This document shows, piece after piece, positions 32,279 to 40,829 of a stretch of 64,000 nt of DNA. The stretch's first letter is position 1. Each line of letters begins with the position of its first letter. The notes below the pieces were generated by a model, which searched no databases, was not told the origin of the DNA, and worked only from the letters and a program-made list of their open reading frames with translations. This stretch comes from an uncultured Clostridia bacterium (GTDB taxonomy: Bacteria > Bacillota > Dehalobacteriia > UBA4068): assembly GCA_944393575.1 (NCBI GenBank), contig CALYAP010000030.1, positions 180 through 64,179 on the forward strand, in the 5' to 3' direction. The position numbers were made by a program, and so were the translations under genes.

Positions 32279-32546
32279 AAGGCAATGACGAAGACGGTCG
32301 AGCAGTTATGTTCGCAGAGAGTCGGCGGTTGGTGTAAGCCGATAACAACACTTCTCAAGTACCCATCACTTCCGAGCCGGGGATCCGAACGCTTATCTCA
32401 TAAGTTAGTAGACGTCCTCCGTGAAGCTGCGTTAAGGCGATGGGCTTGTTGGAGCCCTTTGAGGTGGCGCGAAAGCGCAATTTGAGTGGTACCGCGGGTA
32501 TGTTTATTCTCGTCTCAAAGATTTTTCTTTGAGACGATTTTTTATT
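32279..32546 (+). promoter_or_regulatory. T-box riboswitch leader, predicted specifier AUC (Ile)
   Basis: Stem I base has the K-turn context GGCAAUGACGAAG / CUUCCGAGCC. AG bulge AGAGAG and distal loop GGUUGGUGUAA are present. The T-box sequence AAUUUGAGUGGUACCGCGG is at 32479-32497. Terminator UCGUCUCAAAG...CUUUGAGACGA plus a U-run is at 32509-32546. AUC at 32365-32367 is followed by A and then the CUUC base stem. Confidence 0.85.
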
Positions 32547-32579
32547 ATTGGATATCAATAGTCTAAAGGAGGTTATCTC

Positions 32580-34841
32580 ATGTCCCCATGTAATGGAATG
32601 CTGCTGGAAGTTGCTTCACGCATCAGGGAAATGCGGGAAATCGCCGGATACACTCCGGAATTCATGGCAGAACAAACTGAAGTGTCTTTGGAAGATTATC
32701 TCAAATACGAAACTGGTTCTAGCGATCTTCCATTCACCTTTATTCATAAATGCGCACTGGTGTTTGATGTTGATATTACCGACTTGATGTCCGGACATAG
32801 TGCTAGGTTATCATCATATACTGTTACCCGCAAAGACGGCGGACAAATCACAGCCCGTGAGCCCGGCATCATCATCAAAAATCTGGCTCCACTCTTCCGC
32901 AATAAGATAGCTGAGCCTTTCTGGGTACGCTATTCCTATGATGAGAAACAACAACATAAACCAATCCATTTAACTACCCATGCTGGGCAGGAATTTGATC
33001 TGGTGCTAAGCGGCCAGCTCAAAGTTCAGGTGGGTGACAATATTGAAGTACTGCAGGAAGGCGACTGCATCTACTACAATAGCGCCACCCCTCACGGGAT
33101 GATCGCTATCGGCGGCAAGGACTGCATCTTCTGTGCAGTAGTCCTACCTGGCAAAGATAACGAAGAAGATAACCTAGGCGAAACTATCATGGCCACCAAA
33201 AAGATGGATCATCTCATCTATGAAAACTTCATCACTGTCGAAGAAGATGACATCGGAGCTTTGCAAAAGATCAGCTTCCATGATACAGATAAGTTCAATT
33301 TTGCTTTTGATATCGTTGATGAGATGGCTAAGAAACAACCGAACAAACTGGCCATGCTTCATCTGGACCGTGATAAAAATGAACGCCGCTTCACTTTCGA
33401 GGATATCAGCAGAGCCTCTTCCCGAGCCGCTAACTACTTCAAAGCTCTGGGCATCAAAAAGGGCGACCGCGTGATGCTGGTGCTCAGACGCAACTATCAA
33501 TTCTGGATAGCTATTTTAGGCTTACATAAGCTAGGTGCTATCGCTATCCCCGCCACTGACCAGCTGCAGAAAAAGGATTTTGAATACCGCTTTGAAGCTG
33601 CTGGAGTAAGCGCTATCGTCTGCACCTCTTTTGGCCACGTCTCCGAACAAGCAGAGTTAGCAATGGAAACCTGTCCTAATGTCAAAATCAAGATCATGGC
33701 TAATGGCGCCAAAGAAGGCTGGCATGATTTCGATAATGAATATATGATGTACCGCAGCACCTTTAAGCGCACCGAAGATAGCGCTGGCGGTGACGACCCG
33801 ATGCTGATGCTATTCACATCTGGTACTACTGGTTATCCTAAAATCGCTGCCCATAGCTACAAATATCCACTGGGACACTTCATCACCGCCAAGTATTGGC
33901 ATTGCGTCGACCCAGACGGGATCCATTTCACCATCTCTGATACTGGTTGGGGTAAAGCGCTCTGGGGTAAACTCTATGGCCAATGGCTCTGCGAAGCAGC
34001 TACTTTCACTTACGATTTTGACCGTTTTGACGCCCATGACCTGCTGCCGCTTTTTGCCAAATATCATATCACTACCTTCTGCGCGCCGCCGACCATGTAC
34101 CGCTTCATGATCAAAGAAGATATTTCCAAGTATGACCTCTCCTCTATCAAGCATGCAACCACTGCTGGTGAGGCGCTCAATCCTGAGGTTTTCCACCAGT
34201 TCAAAAAGGCTACCGGACTTTCGGTAATGGAAGGCTTTGGCCAAACAGAAACAACCTTAGTCTTAGGCAATTTCATTGGCGATACTCCCAAAATCGGCTC
34301 GATGGGCAAACCCAGCCCGCTCTATGAAGTGGAGCTGCTCAATAATGAAGGCCATCCGACTAAAGAAGGCGAGGTCGGTGAAATCTGCATCCGTACTGCC
34401 GAAAAAACACCAATCGGTCTCTATCTTGGCTACTACCGGGATGAAGAAGGCACTAAAGGCTCCTGGCACGATGGGTATTATCATACCGGTGATACGGCTT
34501 GGAAAGATGAGGACGGCTACTACTGGTATGTAGGCCGTGTTGACGACCTGATCAAATCCTCTGGTTACCGCATCGGCCCCTTTGAGATCGAGAGTGTTAT
34601 CATGGAGCTGCCCTATGTGCTGGAGTGTGCAGTTTCTCCGGCCCCAGACGCAATCCGCGGCCAAGTAGTCAAAGCCAGCATCGTTCTGACCAAGGGTACG
34701 GAACCCAGCGAAAACCTCAAAAAAGAGATCCAGACCTATGTCAAACAGCGCACCGCTCCTTATAAATACCCCAGAATCGTGGTCTTCCGTGATGATTTGC
34801 CCAAAACAATCAGCGGTAAAATCATCCGCCACCAGCTCTAA
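32580..34841 (+). CDS. Fusion protein: XRE-type HTH, cupin, then medium-chain-type acyl-CoA synthetase (AMP-forming)
   Basis: The N-terminal ~190 aa carry an HTH (IREMREIAGYTPEFMAEQTEVS) and a cupin (THAGQEFDLVLSGQLKVQVGD...EGDCIYYNSATPHG). The C-terminal part carries ANL motifs FTSGTTGYPK, YHTGD, GRVDDLIKSSGYRIGPFEIES and PKTISGKI. AAGGAGG RBS. Confidence 0.85.
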   Translation: MSPCNGMLLEVASRIREMREIAGYTPEFMAEQTEVSLEDYLKYETGSSDLPFTFIHKCALVFDVDITDLMSGHSARLSSYTVTRKDGGQITAREPGIIIKNLAPLFRNKIAEPFWVRYSYDEKQQHKPIHLTTHAGQEFDLVLSGQLKVQVGDNIEVLQEGDCIYYNSATPHGMIAIGGKDCIFCAVVLPGKDNEEDNLGETIMATKKMDHLIYENFITVEEDDIGALQKISFHDTDKFNFAFDIVDEMAKKQPNKLAMLHLDRDKNERRFTFEDISRASSRAANYFKALGIKKGDRVMLVLRRNYQFWIAILGLHKLGAIAIPATDQLQKKDFEYRFEAAGVSAIVCTSFGHVSEQAELAMETCPNVKIKIMANGAKEGWHDFDNEYMMYRSTFKRTEDSAGGDDPMLMLFTSGTTGYPKIAAHSYKYPLGHFITAKYWHCVDPDGIHFTISDTGWGKALWGKLYGQWLCEAATFTYDFDRFDAHDLLPLFAKYHITTFCAPPTMYRFMIKEDISKYDLSSIKHATTAGEALNPEVFHQFKKATGLSVMEGFGQTETTLVLGNFIGDTPKIGSMGKPSPLYEVELLNNEGHPTKEGEVGEICIRTAEKTPIGLYLGYYRDEEGTKGSWHDGYYHTGDTAWKDEDGYYWYVGRVDDLIKSSGYRIGPFEIESVIMELPYVLECAVSPAPDAIRGQVVKASIVLTKGTEPSENLKKEIQTYVKQRTAPYKYPRIVVFRDDLPKTISGKIIRHQL

Positions 34842-34868
34842 AGCAAAACACCTTTATATCCCCCAACT

Positions 34869-34903
34869 AAAACTGGACCAGGCAAAAGCCATGGTCCAGT
34901 TTT
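34869..34903. terminator. Bidirectional terminator between acyl-CoA synthetase A and the serpin gene
   Basis: AAAACTGGACC ... GGTCCAGTTTT. Confidence 0.75.
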
Positions 34904-34954
34904 AGCTTACACAGATCAAGAATAACACCTGCAGTAATTATTGATATATACGCA

Positions 34955-36241
34955 TTAGGCAACCGGGTTATTACAAATACCGACAAAGAGGATCATGCCG
35001 TTGCTGGCAGTGACCGCATAGATAAAGGGACGGTTCAAAATCATCTCCGCCCGTCCTTCAGGCATAGCAGCTCCGGCATAATCAATCTGGGTGAAAGCTG
35101 AGGCTTCGACGCCATTTTCATCGATAGCAATATGCGTCTCTTGATTAATACCACTAATAAAGGCCATCGCATCAGTGATTCCTGAGAAATCCGCATCCGT
35201 GTTAAAAGCAGCATTGATTCCTAGCGAGTGTAGCATATCAGCTAGGTTAGCACTAAAACCAAAGCTAAATTTGGGTATCTGCCAGATCACCTCGCCGCTG
35301 ACGCCTTCACCACCAGTGAGGACCTCCTGCAAAACATCTGGAGAAGATACCAATGATGCTACATCAACGCCCTCATCAGGTAGCACAAAAATCATACTGC
35401 CCGAGTTCTTTAAAGCCAGCTGAGAGCGGGTATAATTATTTCCCCGCACATAAGAGCTGGAGGCAAAAGTCTGGTTCATAAAATCGCATTCTACTGAACT
35501 ACTATCAGCTAGATAAAAGGTATCCGCAGCAGTTTCACTAGCATCAAAGCGGTCGATCCACTGATCATAAAAATAAACAGTATTAAGAATAGATAAGAGC
35601 TGCTCAGCATCAGTAGTGATCTGTGGAGTCAGCGTACCGTTAGTATCTTCAGTTATCCAAGCAGCCATGGCCTCACCAGCTGCCTGTTCAGCAAAATCCA
35701 CACTATAGGCACTGGCATAAAAATTACTTGTTGCCCCATCTAAAAAACTATCCTTGAAGGTGATTTCTTGGCCATTAACTTCATTATCTAACCATAGAGA
35801 AGTAGCGATCTTTAGCTGTGAAACTTCATTATCCGTATAGAGCAGCCGGTAAAGATTGCCGCACTGCTCCGCCAAGGTGTCGGCATCAGCTACCCCGAGT
35901 AAGTCTAGCAACTCCTGTTGAGTTTGCCCCTCGGCCCCACTGGCTGCCACTGCCAGGGCATAATAAAGACTGAGCGGCGAATAGTTGACATTTGTATCAG
36001 CATTATCATTTAATAAGGAAGAAGCAGTTTGATAGGCAAAATCATCAAAAGCATTAGCAAAACTATCGGTAATCTGGTTAGCTTCCCTAATAGCATATTT
36101 GGCTTCATAATCATCAAACCCTACCGCCTCTGGGTATTCCACCCCGCGCACCAGGCTATCCGCTGTAGCAGTCTGATTATCACAGGCAGCCAAAGCTAGC
36201 AAGGCAACAGCAGCGCATAAGGCCAGCAAAAATTTTTTCAT
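34955..36241 (-). CDS. Serpin family lipoprotein
   Basis: Signal peptide with lipobox LAAC. Serpin-length body. Hinge and reactive-centre loop ENGVEASAFTQIDYAGAAMPE are followed by NRPFIY. Confidence 0.8.
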   Translation of the reverse strand: MKKFLLALCAAVALLALAACDNQTATADSLVRGVEYPEAVGFDDYEAKYAIREANQITDSFANAFDDFAYQTASSLLNDNADTNVNYSPLSLYYALAVAASGAEGQTQQELLDLLGVADADTLAEQCGNLYRLLYTDNEVSQLKIATSLWLDNEVNGQEITFKDSFLDGATSNFYASAYSVDFAEQAAGEAMAAWITEDTNGTLTPQITTDAEQLLSILNTVYFYDQWIDRFDASETAADTFYLADSSSVECDFMNQTFASSSYVRGNNYTRSQLALKNSGSMIFVLPDEGVDVASLVSSPDVLQEVLTGGEGVSGEVIWQIPKFSFGFSANLADMLHSLGINAAFNTDADFSGITDAMAFISGINQETHIAIDENGVEASAFTQIDYAGAAMPEGRAEMILNRPFIYAVTASNGMILFVGICNNPVA

Positions 36242-36310
36242 TACTATGAGCCCTCCTTAATAAAGCTTTTAACTTTTAATAAAACTTCTAACTCCGAAAT
36301 AGCCCAATAT

Positions 36311-36610
36311 TTAATCTCTGATACCCTCGGCAATACAATTGCCAAAAAGGTAAAAGCAAAAAGCCGTTACCCCAGGGAATGCATCTTCAGGGAGAAAATT
36401 CCCCTCCAGTTCAATAGTATAGCCTAGTCCGCGGTAGGTACCGGAGCCACCATCATCAGCAGTTAATGATGCTGTGGCGAAAAGCGGCCGTTCAAAATCA
36501 TGGCGCACCCGCCAATAATCAACTACTACGGTAGCTGCCCATAAAACAATAACTGCCATTACAGTGATGACTAAAGCTGTCAATGCTTTCTTTTTTCTAA
36601 TCGCTTTCAC
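36311..36610 (-). CDS. Small membrane-anchored hypothetical protein
   Basis: One TM helix (ALTALVITVMAVIVLWAATVVV) followed by ~65 aa. The start is uncertain: an AGGAGG RBS at about 36612-36620 abuts the GTG at 36610. Confidence 0.4.
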   Translation of the reverse strand: MKAIRKKKALTALVITVMAVIVLWAATVVVDYWRVRHDFERPLFATASLTADDGGSGTYRGLGYTIELEGNFLPEDAFPGVTAFCFYLFGNCIAEGIRD

Positions 36611-36759
36611 CTCCTGAATAGACCCATGAGCAAAAGCTATCTGCAGGCCAAACAATTAATATTACTCTGGGAAAGGACAAACAGTTACCAGTATCTGTTT
36701 ATAAAATAAGACGCAGGGAAAAACAATTATGTTCCCAGGTAAAATTTTTGAAAAAACAT

Positions 36760-36788
36760 TTGACAGCGTCCAAAAGCCATGCTATAAT
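36760..36788 (+). promoter_or_regulatory. SigmaA-type promoter of T-box unit B
   Basis: TTGACA (36760-36765), 17 nt spacer, TATAAT (36783-36788). Confidence 0.7.
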
Positions 36789-36810
36789 ACATACTAATTT
36801 CATAAGAATA

Positions 36811-37068
36811 AAGGCAATGACGAAGAGGGTCGGGATTTTAGTAGTTACAGAGAGTTGGCGGTTGGTGCGAGCCAATAATGAACGGATTCCAATGGCTTGT
36901 CACTTCCGAGCCGGGGTGCAGAAAGCAAATGCAAGTAGAGCCTCCCGTGAAGCTGCGTTAAGGCGATGGGCTTGTTAGAGTCCTTTGAGTGGTGCGAAAG
37001 CGCAATTTGAGTGGTACCGCGGGTATGTTTATTCTCGTCTCAAAGATTTTCTTTGAGACGATTTTTTA
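36811..37068 (+). promoter_or_regulatory. T-box riboswitch leader, predicted specifier GUC (Val)
   Basis: Same architecture as unit A: GGCAAUGACGAAG / CUUCCGAGCC base, AGAGAG bulge, GGUUGGUGCGA distal loop, AAUUUGAGUGGUACCGCGG T-box sequence, and terminator plus U-run at about 37033-37068. GUC at 36899-36901 is followed by A and then CUUC. Confidence 0.85.
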
Positions 37069-37095
37069 TTTTACTTAAAAGGAGAAACGAGAGCA

Positions 37096-39399
37096 ATGAA
37101 CCAGTCCAACGAATTATTCTCTAAGCTGCATGAAGTGGCTGCCCGAATTCGCGAATTGCGGGAGATAGCTGGCTATACGCCAGAATTCATGGCAGAGCAG
37201 ACTGGCGTATCAGTTGGTGAATACCAAGAATGCGAAAGTGGCGAACAAGACCTCAACTTCGCTTTTATCTATCGCTGCGCCCAGGCTTTGAGCGTTGATG
37301 TTACTGATATCATCGAAGGCGCTAGCCCTAAACTTACATCATACACCCTGACCAGAAAAGGCGAAGGCCAGCGCATCGAAAAAGCACATGGGATGATCTA
37401 TTATAATCTGGCGGCAATGTTCAAAAACAGGATCGCTGAGCCACTGCTGGTCACAGCAGTCTATGATGAGGAAGCCCAGCATAAAGAAATCGAGATTACT
37501 ACTCATGCCGGACAAGAATGCGATATTATTGTCAAAGGACAGCTCAAGGTGCAAGTTGGCGATCATACAGAAATCCTCCAGGAAGGAGACTGCATCTACT
37601 ACAATAGCTCTACTCCACATGGCATGATCGCCGTTGGCGGAAAAGATTGCCTGTTCTATGCTATCGTTCTTAATCCTACTGGCGAGCCGATCCCAGGTAT
37701 CTCTGCTGGTCCACAGGAAGGAGATTTTCTGCCGGAGATCAAAGGCAAAGGACATCCTTGCCAAGCGCATCGGATCTATGAAAACTTCATCACGGTCAAA
37801 GAAAGCGAGATTGGCGCTCTTGAAGAGATCAGCTTCCATGATGATGAGCATTTCAATTTTGCCTTTGATATTGTCGATGAACTGGCCAAGAAAAAACCGA
37901 ACAAACTGGCTATGCTTCATCTGGACCGTGATAAGAATGAACGCCGCTTCACCTTTGAAGATATGAGCAGGGCTTCTTCCCGTGCCGCCAACTACTTCAA
38001 AGCGCTGGGCATCAAAAAAGGCGACCGTGTGATGCTGGTGCTCAAGCGGAATTATCAGTTCTGGTTCGCTGTTCTGGGCTTGCATAAGCTAGGTGCTATC
38101 GCTATCCCCGCCACTGATCAGCTGCAGAAAAAGGATTTCGAATACCGCTTTGAAGCCGCTGGAGTAAGCGCTATCATCTGCACTGCCTATGGTAGCTCCT
38201 CCGAGCAGGCAGAACTAGCAATGGAAACCTGCCCTAATGTCAAAATCAAGATCATGACCAATGGAGCCAAAGAAGGCTGGCATGATTTCGATAATGAATA
38301 TATGATGTACCGCAGCACCTTTAAACGCACCGAAGATAGCGCTGGCGGCGACGACCTGATGCTGATGTTCTTTACCTCTGGCACTACCGGATACCCCAAG
38401 ATGGCTGCACATAGCTTTAAATATCCGCTGGGGCATTTTATCACCGCTAAATATTGGCATTGTGTCGACCCGGAGGGGCTTCACCTGACCATCTCCGATA
38501 CTGGTTGGGCCAAAGCAATGTGGGGCAAGCTCTATGGCCAATGGCTCTGCGAAGCAGCGATCTTTGTTTATGACTTTGACCGTTTCGACGCCCATGACCT
38601 GCTGCCGCTTTTCGCTAAGCATCATATCACTACCTTCTGCGCTCCGCCGACCATGTACCGCTTCATGATTAAGGAGGATATCGCCAAGTATGACCTCTCC
38701 TCCATCAAGCATGCTACCACTGCTGGCGAAGCGCTTAACCCAGAGGTTTTCCACCAGTTCAAAAAAGTTACTGGACTCTCAATCATGGAAGGCTTTGGTC
38801 AAAGTGAAACCACTGTGGTCTTAGGCAATCTCATTGGCGATACTCCCAAAATCGGCTCGATGGGCAAGCCCAGCCCGCTCTATGAAGTAGAGCTGCTCGA
38901 TAACGAAGGGAATCCAACCAAAGTCGGCGAAGTTGGTGAAATCTGCATTCGTACTGCCGAAGGTGCACCACGCGGACTATTCAGAGGCTATTACCGTGAT
39001 GAAGAAAAAACTAATGACGCCTGGCATGATGGTTATTATCATACTGGCGATACGGCCTGGAAAGATGAAGATGGCTACTACTGGTATGTAGGCCGTGTTG
39101 ATGACCTAATTAAATCTTCCGGATACCGCATTGGCCCCTTTGAGATCGAGAGTGTGATGATGGAACTGCCCTACATTTTGGAGTGTGCAGTTTCTCCGGC
39201 CCCAGACGAAATCCGCGGCCAAGTGGTCAAAGCCAGCATCGTTCTTACTAAAGGGACGGAGCCCAGCGAAAACCTTAAAAAAGAGATCCAGACCTATGTC
39301 AAACAGCGCACCGCTCCTTATAAATACCCCAGGATCGTGGTCTTCCGTGACGAATTACCAAAAACACCCAGCGGCAAAATCATGCGTAACAAGCTATAA
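37096..39399 (+). CDS. Fusion protein: XRE-type HTH, cupin, then medium-chain-type acyl-CoA synthetase (paralog B)
   Basis: Same motifs as paralog A. It has a ~14 aa longer linker (PTGEPIPGISAGPQEGDFLPEIKGKGHPCQAHR). Confidence 0.85.
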   Translation: MNQSNELFSKLHEVAARIRELREIAGYTPEFMAEQTGVSVGEYQECESGEQDLNFAFIYRCAQALSVDVTDIIEGASPKLTSYTLTRKGEGQRIEKAHGMIYYNLAAMFKNRIAEPLLVTAVYDEEAQHKEIEITTHAGQECDIIVKGQLKVQVGDHTEILQEGDCIYYNSSTPHGMIAVGGKDCLFYAIVLNPTGEPIPGISAGPQEGDFLPEIKGKGHPCQAHRIYENFITVKESEIGALEEISFHDDEHFNFAFDIVDELAKKKPNKLAMLHLDRDKNERRFTFEDMSRASSRAANYFKALGIKKGDRVMLVLKRNYQFWFAVLGLHKLGAIAIPATDQLQKKDFEYRFEAAGVSAIICTAYGSSSEQAELAMETCPNVKIKIMTNGAKEGWHDFDNEYMMYRSTFKRTEDSAGGDDLMLMFFTSGTTGYPKMAAHSFKYPLGHFITAKYWHCVDPEGLHLTISDTGWAKAMWGKLYGQWLCEAAIFVYDFDRFDAHDLLPLFAKHHITTFCAPPTMYRFMIKEDIAKYDLSSIKHATTAGEALNPEVFHQFKKVTGLSIMEGFGQSETTVVLGNLIGDTPKIGSMGKPSPLYEVELLDNEGNPTKVGEVGEICIRTAEGAPRGLFRGYYRDEEKTNDAWHDGYYHTGDTAWKDEDGYYWYVGRVDDLIKSSGYRIGPFEIESVMMELPYILECAVSPAPDEIRGQVVKASIVLTKGTEPSENLKKEIQTYVKQRTAPYKYPRIVVFRDELPKTPSGKIMRNKL

Positions 39400-39423
39400 G
39401 CTATAAACCGTAAGTACGGATCC

Positions 39424-39476
39424 CTCATAAAAATGATCCCTCCTCGCCAAAAGGCAGGAGGGATCATTTTTATGAG
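39424..39476. terminator. Bidirectional terminator between acyl-CoA synthetase B and the OFOR operon
   Basis: 21-bp perfect inverted repeat CTCATAAAAATGATCCCTCCT / AGGAGGGATCATTTTTATGAG. Confidence 0.8.
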
Positions 39477-39541
39477 TTGTTTTCTATTTAACTCAAACCA
39501 TTCTACTTATTAAGCTGTTTCATTAAACTTTGAAAATCAAT

Positions 39542-40090
39542 CTATTTCATTACCATACCAGCAGCCTCAGCGCCTTTACGCAAAGCCTCACGGTTAACCG
39601 GAATCAGATGTTTCTTTCTTTCGCCTAATTTATGCTGCAAGGCATCAATGATGCTTTCTTCGCTAACGCATTTGGTAGCAGCGACATAAGCGCCCAGCAT
39701 AGCAATATTGGCAACTTTAGGCTGTCCAAGTTCAACGGCAATCTCAGTACAAGGGATATAGAATGCATCTAAATCATCCCGGGTAGTTTTTCTGGAAATA
39801 ATCGAGCTATTAATAAATAGTTTGCCCTGAGGAATGATAGCCTGTTCAAACTTATCTAAAGAAGGAGCATTCATCGCAATCAAAGAGGTAGGATGCTCAA
39901 TAATCGGGGATGCTACCGGCTTATCAGAAATAGTGACTGAGCAGTTAGCCGTACCGCCGCGCATCTCCGGGCCATAAGAAGGCAACCACGCAACATTATG
40001 TCCTTCGAACAAGGCAGCCTGAGCCAGCAGTTGTCCCATCAATAAAACGCCTTGCCCGCCAAAACCAGCAAAAATATCTCTCTCCAGCAT
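39542..40090 (-). CDS. 2-oxoacid:ferredoxin oxidoreductase, gamma subunit
   Basis: 182 aa. FAGFGGQGVLLMGQLLA start is typical of the POR/KOR/VOR gamma subunit. Confidence 0.85.
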   Translation of the reverse strand: MLERDIFAGFGGQGVLLMGQLLAQAALFEGHNVAWLPSYGPEMRGGTANCSVTISDKPVASPIIEHPTSLIAMNAPSLDKFEQAIIPQGKLFINSSIISRKTTRDDLDAFYIPCTEIAVELGQPKVANIAMLGAYVAATKCVSEESIIDALQHKLGERKKHLIPVNREALRKGAEAAGMVMK

Positions 40091-40092
40091 CG

Positions 40093-40827
40093 CTATACCT
40101 CCTTAAAAACGCCCAAAGGATAATAGGGGATCATCTCATCCTCCAGCCATTGCATCGCTTCGATAGGTGATTTGCCCCAGTTGGTCGGGCAGGTAGAGAG
40201 CACCTCTACCATAGAAAAGCCCTTGCGTTCCATCTGCGTCTCAAAAGCTTTGCGAATAGCTTTCTTGGTCTTGATAATATTAGCATTATTATTGACAGCG
40301 GTACGTTCGATATAAGCGGAGCCTTCAATAGTAGCGAGCAGCTCAGCCATGCGAATCGGCTCACCGCAAAGATCCTTATCCCTACCCTTAGGGCTAGTAG
40401 TGGTACGTTGACCAACCAAAGTGGTCGGCGCCATCTGACCGCCGGTCATACCATAAATGGCATTATTGATAAAGATAGTGGTGATCTTCTCTCCCCTATG
40501 AGCTGCGTGAACGATCTCTGCAGTACCGATAGAGGCCAGGTCGCCATCACCTTGATAAGTAAAAACACAGTTATTGGGGAAAACCCGTTTAGCACCAGTG
40601 GCGACTGCCGGAGCACGTCCATGTGCTGCTTCATACATATCACAATTAAAATAATTATAAGCAAATACTGCGCAACCGACCGGTGCAACGCCAACGGTAT
40701 GGTCGAGAAGATCCATTTCCTCAAGGACTTCTGCTACCAGACGGTGCACTATCCCATGGCCGCAGCCAGGGCAATAATGATTAGGAACATCAATCAGTCC
40801 CTTAGTTCTAGCGAAAACCTTGGTCAT
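40093..40827 (-). CDS. 2-oxoacid:ferredoxin oxidoreductase, beta (TPP-binding) subunit
   Basis: CPGCGHG..., GDGDLASIG and NNAIYGMTGGQ motifs. Confidence 0.9.
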   Translation of the reverse strand: MTKVFARTKGLIDVPNHYCPGCGHGIVHRLVAEVLEEMDLLDHTVGVAPVGCAVFAYNYFNCDMYEAAHGRAPAVATGAKRVFPNNCVFTYQGDGDLASIGTAEIVHAAHRGEKITTIFINNAIYGMTGGQMAPTTLVGQRTTTSPKGRDKDLCGEPIRMAELLATIEGSAYIERTAVNNNANIIKTKKAIRKAFETQMERKGFSMVEVLSTCPTNWGKSPIEAMQWLEDEMIPYYPLGVFKEV

Positions 40828-40829
40828 TG

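Larger units (their letters stand above)
32226..34841 (+). repeat. Paralogous unit A (promoter, T-box, HTH-cupin-acyl-CoA synthetase), a direct repeat of 36760..39399
   Basis: Same element order as unit B. The 3' halves of the two leaders are near-identical. By eye the catalytic part of the CDS is roughly 85-90% identical at nucleotide level. Confidence 0.85.
36760..39399 (+). repeat. Paralogous unit B (promoter, T-box, HTH-cupin-acyl-CoA synthetase), a direct repeat of 32226..34841
   Basis: See unit A. Confidence 0.85.
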
